From Eledone cirrhosa (Eukaryota), in contig OZ024742.1 of NCBI GenBank assembly GCA_964016885.1, forward strand, positions 282,596,001 through 282,660,000: 64,000 nt of DNA. Direction: 5' to 3'. Numbering within the stretch: position 1 is the first letter of the stretch; each line of letters begins with the position of its first letter. Both the position numbers and the translations under genes were made by a program. The notes beneath the pieces were generated by a model. That model did not search any database. It was given only the letters and a program-made list of their open reading frames with translations, and was not told the DNA's origin. This document shows positions 41,277 to 56,563 of this stretch, in pieces.

Positions 41277-41302
41277 AATAAAACACTCTTTGGTTATTCC
41301 AA

Positions 41303-41360
<58 letters not shown>

Positions 41361-41742
41361 TAGTTCATTACCATACGCATACGCACAGACTCAAACTCAC
41401 ATGAAACCAATATATTGTTGAACCTTTTGTAATTTGGTAAGTATAAAAAATATATATATTGGCAGGGGCCCCTGGAAAAGACCACGGTTGACATTCTAGG
41501 TAATTGGTGCTACCACCATTAATGCTCTGATGATGGTCACCATCACCAACACAACTGCTACAACCACCACCACCACCACCATGACGACACCAACACCAGC
41601 GTGCCATTACCACTACTCCTACAAACACCGCCATTGCTACTTCCATCACTGATACTAAAACCACTTTCACTGCCTCAAATACATACATGCATGGTCTCAT
41701 ATATATATATATACGCACATATATATATTTATACACACATAT

Positions 41743-41779
<37 letters not shown>

Positions 41780-41885
41780 GATATATATATATCCAGGCAC
41801 ACACATACATACACACACATGTATATATATACATACATATATATATATATATACACACACATACACACACACACACACACACACG

Positions 41886-41923
<38 letters not shown>

Positions 41924-41984
41924 TATATATATATAGCTATATATATATCCAGGCACACACATACATACACACACATGTGTATAT

Positions 41985-42040
<56 letters not shown>

Positions 42041-42060
42041 TCATATGCACACACACACGC

Positions 42061-42091
<31 letters not shown>

Positions 42092-42278
42092 TATACATAT
42101 ACACACACACATGTATATATCTACATACATACGTACACACATGTATCCGACTTCATAGATGTGCATATTGAAGCATTAAATATTCACTGACTTTATTCAA
42201 TTTATGTAATTAGCTAAATTAACTAACCTAATTAGAAAATTTGCGTCCAGTACGCTTGCGCTGGGTGTGCATATATAC

Positions 42279-42331
<53 letters not shown>

Positions 42332-42346
42332 GCATATATATATATA

Positions 42347-42437
<91 letters not shown>

Positions 42438-43892
42438 CATTATATATATATATTATATACATTATATATATATGTGTGTGTGTGTGTGTTTAGACATACA
42501 TACGCACGCGTTTGTACATGTGTGTGTATGAGTGTAGGTATGGTAGCGCTTCGAAAGTAAGTAATACACAGCTAGTATTAACTAGAATAGTGAGCTCGAG
42601 ATACTCTGTTGCCCTCAGTGCATTACCGTCTATGGAAGGCCATCCTGGATGTCTCTGGAAGGCCATGCTGGAAGTTTCTATCCCGCACACAAGTCGAACT
42701 GAGAATCAAGCTTCAATACAAACACTTATGAAACGAACTCTGAGAGATATTCACTCCACCAATTGCGATGGACTGAATGAAGTCCCCAGATAGAGACATG
42801 AAATCCTGAGTAACAAAGTACTGAAAGGTGGAACTATGGAAGCTATATGATTTTCCGTAGCTTTGACGCTAAATCTGTACTGGACTATCAATTTCTTTTT
42901 GCCGGACTAACGGAGATAATGAAGTAATAGTCCAGGATATATTCTTAGATACTACCGTTATGCTATTGATAACTTTTTGCTGATTTATAACACATCTTTG
43001 TTTATCTCACTAGAATCATATTATGAAAGTGGAGACACACAGTGCCGCCTGTGGCCACTATGAAACTATTCTATTGGGTTGCGAGGGAAATGTCCGGATT
43101 AAAAAGAAAGGTGAGAGAACCTCAATTTCAAGAAGATTGTTGGCGTGCTTATGTTACAAAGGTGTTTTTGTCCGCCCCTCTACTGAGAACATCAATATTA
43201 ACAATAAACACACGCTTTCTAGATTTCAATGTAAATTTTCCTAATGAATAAACCTTTGTTCCTGTGAAACCGCCTTAAAGGTAATTTGTATCTTGGTTTA
43301 ACAGCAGTTTAATGCCTGCCTCTATAAAATGCGTCTCCTCATAATTTTCTCAATATGCATAATCTAAAAAAAAATTTGCAGATCTTTGAAATTTTGCATG
43401 CCTTTCCGAATGTGTAGATTATGATTATGTTGATGACGTTGAAACACGTTTATTATATTATATTTTATTTCGTTGTAGAATACACATCAAATTCCTGTGT
43501 ATAAAATGTATGCCATTACTCTAATTGATATTGTTGAATAAAATGCTACTGCAATATTTTTAGCGCGGCATTTAGTATCTGTGTTCAAATCCCACCGCAG
43601 TTAACTTTGGTTATCATCCTTTTCTGGATCATTAAAAGAAAGTTATTGTTGTTACAACTTGCGTCTGCCTAGGTTTAGCGAGCTTTCTATAAGGTTACAT
43701 CTCATAGGCAAGGGAGGTTTCGTAGGGAGTTTTAATGATAAAACTGGCGTCCTATTATGGCACTATGTTTCTGATGACTGCAGGGAGGCGGGATTTGAAC
43801 AGAGAAAGCAGTGAGCTAGGAACAGATCCCACAAAGGAATCTTTCCGTTGCTCTTACAATTCAACTAATTCACCATTCTGGACTAGTTTTTA

Positions 43893-44087
43893 TTTGGCAG
43901 TATCGGTAGCTCGCCGGAAAACATGCTTCGCCCTTTACGTTCTGAGTTCAAATCCTGCCGAGGTTAGTTTTGCCTTTCATCCTTACAGGGTCGATAAAAT
44001 AAAACACCAGTAAGCAATGGCGTCAATTTAATCGACTTTCTCCTCCCCTTTAAATTGCTGGCCTTGTGCCTAAAGTAGAAACAATTA
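43893..44087 (+). mobile_element. Family A SINE, with degenerate neighbours at about 43560-43640 and 44090-44330
   Basis: Body and tail match family A. Confidence 0.8.
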
Positions 44088-44549
44088 TTTATATTTTTCG
44101 ATCCCGAATGAAAGGAAAACAAAGTTGATATCGGAAGGCTTTGAACTGAGAACTTAGAGAGCTATAACAAATACTTCTACGTCTTCTGTCTGGTGCTCAA
44201 ACAATTCTGCCAATCCATAGACCTAGAGTTCGAATCCCACTAATGACAAGGCAAAGTTGACTCGGAACACAGAGAGTAGGAACAATTACTACAAGTCTTC
44301 TCGTGCGATGTACTAACAACACTACCAATTCGACATGAAACAAAATACCGTAACTATTAGGCCACGATATTAATTACTAATATATAATAGATGCAGGAGT
44401 CTCCCCGCCCGAAGGAAAACGACTTAGATTTTACACCTTTTAATGGTTCCGATTATTGTTAAAAATACAACCTGAAGGTGAGGTTGCTGTAACGGGGAAG
44501 GGGTAGAATTGGCTTACTCACGTGTTTTTGACACCTCTATCACTCTCTC

Positions 44550-46885
44550 TCCACACCACCAACACCACCTCTATTACTACCACCATCACCACTATCACTA
44601 CTACTACTACTACTACTACTACTATTACTACTACTACCACTACTAGCACCACCACCGCCGCCACCACTATCACACAACATCACTACCACTATCATCTACC
44701 ACCACTACCACCACCACCATTAACAACGCCACCACCAACACCAACGAAACAACCACCACTATCAACCACCACCATCAACCACCACCATTCCCACCAGCAA
44801 CATCAACACTAACATCAACACTACCACCAATACTATCATCCCACCACCACCACCACCAGTATCAACACTATCCCCAATACTATCACCCCACCACACCACC
44901 ATCATGACCACCACCACTGCCACTATCACACACCACTACCTCTACCACCGATACTATCACCCCACCACCACCAGTATCAACCAATATTATCACCTCACTA
45001 CCACCAATACTATCACCCCCACCACCACCAGCAACAACACTACCACCAATACTATCACGCCACCATCACCAGTATCAACACTACCACCAATTCTATCACC
45101 CCACCACCACCACCAGCATCAACACTACCACCAATACTATCACCCCACCACTACCACCATCACCACCACCATCACAACCTCCACCACCAACACCACCATC
45201 AGTATCAACACTACCACCAATACTATCACGCCACCACCACCAGCATCAACACTACCACCAATTCTATCACCCCACCACTACCACCATCACCACCACCATC
45301 ACAACCTCCACCATCAACACCACCATCAGTATCAACACTACCACCAATACTATCACCCCACCACCACCACCAGCATCAACACTACCACCAATACTATCAC
45401 CCCACCACTACCACCATCACCACCACCATCACAACCTCCACCATCAACACCACCATCAGCATCAACACTACCACCAATACTATCACCCCACCACCACCAC
45501 CAGCATCAACACTACCACCAATTCTATCACCCCACCACTACCACCATCACCACCACCATCACAACCTCCACCATCAACACCACCATCAGTATCAACACTA
45601 CCACCAATACTATCACCCCACCACCACCACCAGCATCAACACTACCACCAATACTATCACCCCACCACTACCACCATCACCACCACCATCACAACCTCCA
45701 CCATCAACACCACCATCAGTATCAACACTACCACCAATACTATCACCCCACCACCACCACCAGCATCAACACTACCACCAATACTATCACCCCACCACTA
45801 CCACCATCACCACCACCATCACAACCTCCACCATCAACACCACCATCAGTATCAACACTACCACCAATACTATCACGCCACCACCACCAGCATCAACACT
45901 ACCACCAATACTATCACCCCACCACTACCACCATCACCACTACCATCACAACCTCCACCATCAACACCACCATCAGTATCAACACTACCACCAATACTAT
46001 CACCCCACCACTACCACCATCACCACCACCATCACAACCTCCACCATCAACACCACCATCAGCATCAACACTACCACCAATACTATCACCCCACCACCAC
46101 CACCAGCATCAACACTACCACCAATACTATCACCCCACCACTACCACCATCACCACCACCATCACAACCTCCACCATCAACACCACCATCAGTATCAACA
46201 CTACCACCAATACTATCACCCCACCACCACCACCAGCATCAACACTACCACCAATACTATCACCCCACCACTACCACCATCACCACTACCATCACAACCT
46301 CCACTATCAAGACCACTATCAGTATCAACACTACCACCAATACTATCACGCCACCACCACCAGCATCAACACTACCACCAATACTATCACTCCACTACCA
46401 CCACCACCACCAACAACAATAACACCAACGATACAACGAACAATATAAACCACCACACCCCACCACCACCACACCAGCATCAACACTACTACCAATACTA
46501 TCACCCCACCACCACCACCACCAGTATCAACACTACCACTACCACCACCACAGCCACCAGTATCAACACTACCACAACTACAACCACCAGTATCAACACT
46601 ACCACCCGACCACTACCACCACCACACTACCACCCCACCACCACCACCACCACCACCACTACCACCATTACCACCCCATCACGACGACCACCACCACCAC
46701 CAGTACCACCACCACCACCACTACCACCACCACCACCACTACCACCACCACCACCCCATCACGACGACGACCACCACCACCAGTATCAACACAACCACCC
46801 CACCACTACCACCACCATCACCACCACCACCACCACCACCACCACCACTACCACCTCACCACTACCCCCCCACCCCCACCACGAT
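44550..46885. repeat. CAC-rich minisatellite with a 130-bp period in its core
   Basis: ACAACCTCCA recurs at 45301, 45431, 45561, 45691 and 45821. Confidence 0.9.
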
Positions 46886-47069
46886 CACTGCTGCTGCTAC
46901 TATTGCAGCCCTAGGGAATGTGTGACATAAGCGAATTGAAAGACTCGGTCGTGGTACCCCCCTCCCCCCTTCCACCACCTACTTCTATTATTTATGCGAA
47001 ACAAACTATAAAAAAAATGTCTTTAGTCAGTCAGTGACTTGACAATGTTAATGACACTAATGATGACAC

Positions 47070-49140
47070 TGATGGTGGTGGTGGTGGTGGTGTGGTGGTG
47101 GTGTGGTGGGTGGTGGTGGTGTGGTGGGTGGTGGTGGTGTGGTGGGTGGTGGTGGTGAGTGGTGGTGGTGATGAGTGATGATAGTGGTGGTAGTGGTGGT
47201 GGGTGATGATGGTGGTGGTGGTGGTGGTGGTGGTGGGTGGTAATAGTGCTGGTGTTGGTTGTGGTGGGTGATAGTGATGGTGGTGATGGTGTGGTGATAG
47301 TGGTGGTGATGGTGTGGGGATAGTGGTGGTGGTGGTGGTGGGTGTGGTGGGTGATGGTTGTGGTGTGGTGTGGTGGGTGATAGTGGTCGTGATGGTGGTG
47401 GTGGTGGTGGTGGTAGTGGTGGTGGTGGTGGGTGATAGTGGTGGTGATGGTGTGGTGGTAGTGGTGGGTGATGGTTGTGGTGTGGTGTGGTGGGTGATAG
47501 TGGTGGTGGTGGTGGTGGTGGGTGATGGTGGTGGTAGTGGTGGTGGTGGTGGGTGATAGTGGTGGTGATGGTGTGGTGGTAGTGGTGGGTGATGGTTGTG
47601 GTAGTGGTGGTGGTGGTGGGTCATGGTTGGGGTGTGGTGGGTGAAGGTGGTGGTAGTGGTGGTGGTGGTAGTGGTGGTGGTGGTGGGTGATAGTGGTGGT
47701 GATGGTGTGGTGGTAGTGGTGGGTGATGGTTGTGGTAGTGGTGATGGTGGTGGTGTGTGATAATGGTGGTGGATGATGGTGGTTGTAGTGGTGGGTGATG
47801 GTGGTGGTGGTGGTGGAGGTGGTGGTAGTGGTGGTGGTGGTGGTGGAGGTTGTGATAGTGGTGGGTGATAGCAGCTGTGGTGGCGTTGGTGGTGGTGGTA
47901 GGTAATGCTGCTGTAGTTGTTGGTCGTGTTGGTGATGGCGTCGTTGGTTATGATAGTGGTAGTATGGTGGTGTTAGTGTTGGTGATGGTGTCGTTGGTTA
48001 TGATAGTGGTAGTATGGTGGTGTTAGTGTTGGTGATGGCGTCGTTGGTTATGATAGTGGTAGTATGGTGGTGTTAGTGTTGGTGATGGTGTCGTTGGTTA
48101 TGATAGTGGTAGTATGGTGGTGTTAGTGTTGGTGATGGTGTCGTTGGTTATGATAGTGGTAGTATGGTGGTGTTAGTGTTGGTGATGGTGCTGTTGGTTA
48201 TGATAGTGGTAGTATGGTGGTGTTAGTGTTGGTAATGGCGTCGTTGGTTATGATAGTGGTAGTATGGTGGTGTTAGTGTTGGTGATGGTGCTGTTGGTTA
48301 TGATAGTGGTAGTATGGTGGTGTTAGTGTTGGTGATGGCGTCGTTGGTTATGATAGTGGTAGTATGGTGGTGTTAGTGTTGGTGATGGTGTCGTTGGTTA
48401 TGATAGTGGTAGTATGGTGGTGTTAGTGTTGGTAATGGCGTCGTTGGTTATGATAGTGGTAGTATGGTGGTGTTAGTGTTGGTGATGGTGTCGTTGGTTA
48501 TGATAGTGGTAGTATGGTGGTGTTAGTGTTGGTGATGGTGCTGTTGGTTATGATAGTGGTAGTATGGTGGTGTTAGTGTTGGTGATGGTGTCGTTGGTTA
48601 TGATAGTGGTAGTATGGTGGTGTTAGTGTTGGTGATGGTGTCGTTGGTTATGATAGTGGTAGTATGGTGGTGTTAGTGTTGGTGATGGCGTCGTTGGTTA
48701 TGATAGTGGTAGTATGGTGGTGTTAGTGTTGGTGATGGTGCTGTTGGTTATGATAGTGGTAGTATGGTGGTGTTAGTGTTGGTGATGGTGTCGTTGGTTA
48801 TGATAGTGGTAGTATGGTGGTGTTAGTGTTGGTGATGGTGTCGTTGGTTATGATAGTGGTAGTATGGTGGTGTTAGTGTTGGTGATGGTGTCGTTGGTTA
48901 TGATAGTGGTAGTATGGTGGTGTTAGTGTTGGTGATGGTGCTGTTGGTTATGATAGTGGTAGTATGGTGGTGTTAGTGTTGGTGATGGTGTCGTTGGTTA
49001 TGATAGTGGTAGTATGGTGGTGTTAGTGTTGGTGATGGTGTCGTTGGTTATGATAGTGGTAGTATGGTGGTGTTAGTGTTGGTGATGGTGTCGTTGGTTA
49101 TGATAGTGGTAGTATGGTGGTGTTAGTGTTGGTGATGCTA
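47070..49140. repeat. (GGT)n-rich tract followed by a 50-bp minisatellite (about 24 copies, 47930-49137)
   Basis: Unit TCGTTGGTTATGATAGTGGTAGTATGGTGGTGTTAGTGTTGGTGATGGYG. Confidence 0.95.
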
Positions 49141-50380
49141 GTAGTGACGACAAGGATAACGATGATGATGATGATGATTAAGAAAAAGAGAAGAAGGAGG
49201 AGGGGGAGAAGAAAAAAGAGGAGAAAAAGATGATGAATGAGAAGGAGGAGTAGGAGGAGGAGATGAAGACGAAAAAGAAGAAAGAAAGAAAGAAAAAGAA
49301 AGAAGAAAGAAAAAGAAGAAGTAGGAGGAGAGGACAAGGCGGGGGAGGAAGAGGGGGAGAGAAGACGAAGAAGAAAGAAAGAGAGAAAAAGTTAAACTTC
49401 GTAAGGGTGAGGGTTTGATTTAATTACAAGAAGAAGAAGAAGAAAATAAATCAAATGAGAGGGGGGGGCTGGAAGGAATGAATAAGAAGAAAAGAAAGAA
49501 AATATAATGGTAAAATAGGTGAGAAATATAATTAAAAATAGAGAGCGACGGATGGAGTGGAATAGAGAGAGATGTTGTGGGAGAGAGGGAGGAGTGTCTG
49601 ATAGGAGAGGAGAGAGGGGGAAGATAGAGTGGGAAAGAAAGAGAGAGAGAGAGGTGGGGAGAAACAGATAGAGTGAGAAAGAATGAGAGAGAGAGAGAAA
49701 AACAGATAGAGTGGGGAAGAAAAAGAGAGAGAGATAACAGATAAAGTAGGGAGGAGAGAGGGGGAGAAACAGATAGAGTGGGAAAGAGAGAGGGGGGGGA
49801 CAAATAGAGTGGGGAAGAAAGAGAGAGAGAGAGAGATAAACAGATAGAGCTGGAGAGAGAGAAAGAGAGAAATAGATAGAATAGGAGAAGGGAGAGGGGG
49901 AGAGAAACAGATAAAGTAGAGAAGAGAGAGGTGGGGAGAAACAGATAGAGTGGGAAAGAAAGAGGGAGAGAGAGAAGGAGAGAAACAAATAGAGTGGGGA
50001 AGAAAGAGAGAGATATATAAACTGATAGAGTAGAAGAGAGAGAAAGAGAGAAATAGATAGAATAGGAGAGGGGGAGAAACAGATAAAGTAGGGAAGAGAG
50101 AGGGGGTTTAAAGAGAAACAGATAGAGCGGGAAAGAAAGAGAGAGAGAGAAAAACAGGGAGAGAGAGAGAGAGAGAGATAGAAGGAGGAGGGGGTTTAGA
50201 AACAATGGCTTAATGTGTGAGGGAGCAACAGTGAAAGAGACAAAGTAAAAAATACAGAGAGCGAGAGAGGAGGGGTGGGGGTAGATGAATAGATAAAGTA
50301 AGTTAAAGAGAAAGCGTGATTGTAAGGATAGAAAGGGAGACGATGTAGAAAGATTAGAAAATAAAAGGGAGGAGGAGAAG

Positions 50381-50448
<68 letters not shown>

Positions 50449-50677
50449 GAAAAGTATAGAAACGTGAAGCGAAAGACAAAACAGTGATGAGGATAGCTAG
50501 ATAGAGAAATAGAGATAGATAAATGGAGATAGATAAATGGAGATAAAAACATACGTACATAGAGAGGTAGATAGATATATCTCGTTATTTGCCACAAGGG
50601 CGCAAAGGATGGCGACAAATACAATTGGGGAGTAAGTAGATAGACAGATATTTATATATATATATATAAACATATAT

Positions 50678-50857
50678 AGGAACCAGTAAGACCCCGACAG
50701 CTGAGCTCAAGCCGTTTCGTCCAGAATTAGCCGTCGAAACGGCTTGAGCTCAGCTGTCGGGGTCTTACTGGTTCCTATTACCCACTCTACTACCTCAAGT
50801 ATTGAGTACTTTGGTGCGTTATGGTCCACCTGGTTCCTTACCATATTTCCTTCGTTA
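50678..50857 (+). mobile_element. Family B fold-back element, copy 3
   Basis: Same outer ends as the other copies, shortest inverted arm. Confidence 0.8.
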
Positions 50858-50860
50858 AAC

Positions 50861-51016
<156 letters not shown>

Positions 51017-51036
51017 TGTAGGTAGGCAAATGGATG

Positions 51037-51094
<58 letters not shown>

Positions 51095-51462
51095 TTATTG
51101 ACTGGTTGTAAAGTGGTGAAGTTATTTTTGTTAAATGGGATAAAATGTAAAAATAAAATGTAAAAGGTAGAAAGATGAGGGATGAGAGAGAGAAATATTT
51201 TAGTTTGTGTATGTGTGGCTATCGAAAAGTACGTGCGTATGTATATGTGTATCTAAACAAATGAATGTGTTAATCTGTGCGTGTGTGAAGTTTTCATAGT
51301 GACAAAACTGGATATCAAAAGAAAGTTACTAAATGTTACATGGTATGTAATTATATAGAAACGCACACACGCACACAAGAACACGCGCATCACACACACA
51401 CACACACGCACATGCGCAAACACACACATCCACTTATAGATATATAGAAATATATGCATGTG

Positions 51463-51519
<57 letters not shown>

Positions 51520-51566
51520 ATATTTATGTGTATGATTACACAGACAGACACAGACACACACATATG

Positions 51567-51645
51567 CAGGGTGTCCTCCAAAAATGTATACACACTTCAA
51601 CAGCATTCTAATCAAACTGTGTATATATTTTTGTGGGACACCCTA
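51567..51645. mobile_element. Tiny Tc1/mariner-type MITE
   Basis: TIRs CAGGGTGTCCTCCAAAAATGTATACAC / GTGTATATATTTTTGTGGGACACCCTA. Confidence 0.7.
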
Positions 51646-51737
51646 TATATATATATATATATATGTATAAATATGTGTGTGTGTGTGTGTGCATATGATA
51701 TATATTCGTGTAGTATGTGTATATATATATATATATG

Positions 51738-51895
51738 CAGAGGTTATATTTAATTTGTTGGAATACAACAAGCTTAAAAATATTTTTATAACTGATATAA
51801 AGCACTCAACAAATTATTGGAGTAAATATACAATATGAAATATGTATAATAAAATAAATATGGTTTTATAAATATAGTTTCCATTTGTTAATATA
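51738..51895. mobile_element. Family C remnant (tail on minus, HHR 3' half on plus)
   Basis: Inverted homologue of the two ends of 53338-53625. Confidence 0.65.
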
Positions 51896-52573
51896 TTGTA
51901 TATATATATATATATGTGTGTGTGTTTAAGGGTTAGTCCGTCTGGCGGTCCCAGCGGACAGAATGGAGTGAACATTAGCCCGGAGAATGGCGAGGGAGAA
52001 ACGTTGGAACAGCCAATCCCACTAGCGGGTAGCCAACTCCACCCGATAGCAATAAGTAGGGATGTGATCCCACATCGGAAGTCTTCACTGCTACAGGCTC
52101 GACCAGAAACCTACCACAGAGCAGCCGATACTTTGCCGAGTATGTATATATTATTTATTACGTTGGTCAAGCTTAAACTGTTTCCACGGTTGAATGCACC
52201 ATTAATGTCATCATTGTTTATAATAAATACCCAAATGGACACCATACAGAGTTCTTATTTGGTTAAATATTTTTGTATATAAAAAATATAACATGCACAC
52301 ACACACACCAGACGACTAGGAAACTGTGAAACTAACTAATTAAATCAACCCTGACACCTACGAGTTTAACTCTAAACCTAACGTTAACCTCGACTCTAAC
52401 TAACCATAACCCTAATCCTTACTCAAAAGTTGTTATTTAGGCCTTGGTCAATTCTGTTCGACCAGGGGCTAAACAACAACACTATATCATCTCAAACACC
52501 ATCATCAAGGAAACCCTCCCCTTCGGTCTACTAAAAGGACGAGGAGGTCCCGACGGAAATGTCTTAGGATATC

Positions 52574-52691
<118 letters not shown>

Positions 52692-52697
52692 AGATAT

Positions 52698-52806
52698 GTT
52701 TTCTACGGGACTAGAACTGTTTCATTCATAAGAAAGTAGCAGGATTTCATACGCATGAAACAGTCCTAGTTCAGTAGAATATTAAAGTATTGAGTACTAT
52801 TTAACT
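52698..52806 (+). mobile_element. Short fold-back element with a truncated HHR (family D)
   Basis: Homologous to 59706-59892, with a TATTGAGTAC tail. Confidence 0.6.
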
Positions 52807-53281
52807 TAATTATATATATATATTAAGCTGTGTCTAAACACATCAACTCCGTGACAATGTTACGAAATAAATTCCGCCGACACCAGCACCAGCAAAAAAA
52901 AAAAAAACGCCGCCCGCCGCTTACACCACCATCGTTACTGTCATTTCAACCGGCATTAATAGCTCCTCATACTTCCTCTTATTCTATCTGTATTTCACTG
53001 TCACTCTCTCTGTCTCCCTCTCTCTTTACCTTATTGCTCCTTCATCTTCATTGCCACCCTCGCTCTCCTATCCCCTATTACTCATACTACGACTCTTATT
53101 CTTTTACTACTCTTTCCCCTACTACTAATAATACTGGCTGAAGGGAAGAGAGAGTGAGTGAGAAAGATAAAGAGATAGATAGATAAATAAAGAGAGAGAG
53201 AGAGAGACCATTTTCTGTACATTACGGGACAGAGAGGAGAGGGGATTTATATTTAGTTACTGTCGTCATACAAACACAGAG

Positions 53282-53342
<61 letters not shown>

Positions 53343-53375
53343 CAAATGGAAACTATATTTATAAAACCATATTTA

Positions 53376-53436
53376 TTTCATTATACATATTTCAAGGACA
53401 CCAAAGCAAATTATGGTGCGCTTTCATCAGATAAAA
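53376..53436 (-). ncRNA. Type I hammerhead ribozyme (family C)
   Basis: TTTTAT CTGATGA AAG C GCACCA..TGGTGT C CTT GAAA TATGTA T A ATGAAA. Confidence 0.8.
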
Positions 53437-53763
53437 TATAATATAGATCAGTTTTATAAACAAATATTGACATACCCTTAAAGAATGCAACCATGTCGGT
53501 TGGAAGCTCCCGGATAGTTAATATATTGTATTTTTACTCCAAAAATGTGTTGAGTGCTTTATATCAGTTATAAAAATATTTGCTTGTTGTATCCCAACAA
53601 AAAAAAATTAAATATAACTTCTACATATATATATATATATAATATAAGATCAAAAGATGGTTAAAGGAGTCTTATATTATGCATACTCCAGTCCTACAAA
53701 CTGTAGAGTGCTTCTTATCCGATATCTGCATTGCTTTATTGTACTACAATAAAACTTACCTCC

Positions 53764-53798
<35 letters not shown>

Positions 53799-53807
53799 TT
53801 CGATACT

Positions 53808-53859
<52 letters not shown>

Positions 53860-54103
53860 GTGTACGTATGTAAAGTCTGCGATGCCGAGACCGGGGTGAC
53901 CACAAATCAGGGGTGTACTCTACATGTATTCACGCTAAATGCAGGAATGCGGTGCTCCAGCATGACCCTAAAGAAATGAAACAGATTATTTTGATTATAT
54001 ATATATAGTTCAAAATTATAAACAAACAAACGCAGGAGTCAATGGTAGATAGTGTTATTAGCTTTACGTTATATATAATATATATTGCACCAACACATAC
54101 AAT

Positions 54104-54150
<47 letters not shown>

Positions 54151-54179
54151 AAACTACAACCATAAACAAGCACGCACAC

Positions 54180-54497
54180 ATAAATATATATTAATACATA
54201 CACACACACAAACATATATAAATATATATATATATATATTTGTGGCTGGGTGTGTGGCGTGCAAGTATACGCTGTACTACGGCGTGCACATATAAATATA
54301 TATTAATACACACACACAAACATATATATATATATATATATATATTTGTGGGTGGGTGTGTGGCGTGCAAGTATACGCTGTACTACGGCGTGCACATATA
54401 AATATATATTAATACACGCACACAAACATATATATATATATATATATTTGTGGGTGGGTGTGTGGCGTGCAAGTATACGCTGTACTACGGCGTGCAT
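54180..54497. repeat. Three tandem copies of a unit of about 103 bp
   Basis: GTGTGTGGCGTGCAAGTATACGCTGTACTACGGCGTGCA occurs three times. Confidence 0.9.
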
Positions 54498-54920
54498 CTA
54501 TATCTATAATGTATATTATATATATATAAATATAAATATATATGTGTGTGTGTTTGTCTGTCTGTGTGTATATATATACATATTTATGTATGTAATGCGG
54601 TCTTGTATATAACATGTCGATGTGTGCAGCACGTGCAAAGCTTGATGAAGTAGCCACGACTGTTGCTACTACTGCTGCTGCTACTATTGCTGCTGTTGCT
54701 TCATCTAGTGTTGCTGCTGTTGCTGAAGCTAGCAGTGGTGTAAGTGGTGGTGACGGCGCAGTCAGTCCACACGAGGCCGTCGTTGTAGTAGGTGGGGGAG
54801 AAAAGAGAAGAAGAATTATTAACTCTTACCTTCCACTTTCACTAACCCTTTCTCCCTATTCTATCTACTCCTTTTCCCCTTCCCTCTCTGTGTGTATAGA
54901 CATATGAGTGTGTATATATA

Positions 54921-54951
<31 letters not shown>

Positions 54952-55832
54952 GCATGTGTGTGTATGTTTGTGTGTCTATGTGAAAGTCTTAGCATTGTTT
55001 GACAACGAACCGACAAGCACTACACAGTACCCACCTCCTACTCCTCCACTACTACTACTATTACTATAAACACTATTACTACTACTACTACTGTTAATAC
55101 TACTGCTGCTGCTTCTTCCGCTCTAGACTCTCACTCTCCCTCTCTCTACCCTCTTAAAAACTATCGTTTACTATATTATCAACACGCCGTCTTCGTCGTT
55201 CGTGTCGTCTATACACACACATATATATATATATATATATACATATATAATTAATAAATATACATATATTATATATAAATATATATATATACACACATAC
55301 TTGTCAGAAACAGTAAACAAAAAGAAATATGTAACAACAACAACAAACAAACAAACAAATAACTACAAATGCTGCTAATACCAACAACAGTTACAATAAC
55401 AACAGCAATATCAATAGCAACAACTGCGTAAAGAAGCAACACGGAATGGAATATTCGTAGTATACGGCAGAACTACGACACACAACACAAGAACAGCAGC
55501 AATAATAACAACAACATTTTCTGGCAATAATGACAACGACCATGCCGATAATACATACACGGAAGACGAATATTATGACGATGACAAAAACGACGACGAC
55601 GACGATGATGGTGAATAAAACGATGACAACAAAGGCTACAATGATGACAATAATAATGATGATAATGGCTAAGGCGACAACGATGATGATGATGATGATT
55701 ATTATTACGATGATGGTGATGCTACGCGCCCAAAACGGATGTTACCCGGAATAAGCAATGCCCACCCGTTGGAATTTACATGGCATCGCTTACGGAATAG
55801 TTATTTTATAATATAATATTACACACACGCGC

Positions 55833-55880
<48 letters not shown>

Positions 55881-55934
55881 TTACATATACACGCACATAC
55901 ATATACACACATACCAATCTACCCATAAAGCAAA

Positions 55935-55987
<53 letters not shown>

Positions 55988-56329
55988 TATACACACGTAA
56001 TAAGCTTGTTTTTACATACATACAAATAAGCTTGTTTTTACATACATACAAATTATAAGAGATTATTTTATTATTTATACACACATGTAATATCTACATA
56101 TATACATACATACATATATATTCTATGAATTTTGTTTTGTTGTATTCTTGGAAACTATGTACGAAAAACCTGGTAAGTGATGTTTTATATTATTATTTAT
56201 CAATTAACTGTTTATATTTATGTTATTCGGGGTTATTTTACTATGTTTTTCTTTTAGTTTGTGTTGTCTTAGTTTATTTGTTGCGGAAAATTTATAGACT
56301 CCTTTTTTTTAGTCAAGTAGAACATTTAA

Positions 56330-56365
<36 letters not shown>

Positions 56366-56450
56366 CACACATACATTGAATCTACCCATGACTTCCTCAA
56401 GGCATGTTTGCTAAAACAAACTAACGAACTTGAACACTAACATGCACCGT

Positions 56451-56563
<113 letters not shown>

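Noticed and set aside
44904-46448. 514-aa Thr/His/Pro mucin-like ORF
   Set aside because: It is a CAC minisatellite with a 130-bp period (not a multiple of 3), so the peptide cycles through frames. No splice or signal evidence.
47930-49137. CRISPR-like regular array (also 60325-60755)
   Set aside because: The units are contiguous tandem repeats with no unique spacers, in a eukaryotic context.
52365-52420. Interstitial telomeric repeat (also 35455-35485)
   Set aside because: Only a few degenerate TAACCC words are present.
54610-55800. Host gene exon or UTR
   Set aside because: Low-complexity trinucleotide-rich sequence with no convincing ORF or splice structure. It cannot be supported without RNA data.
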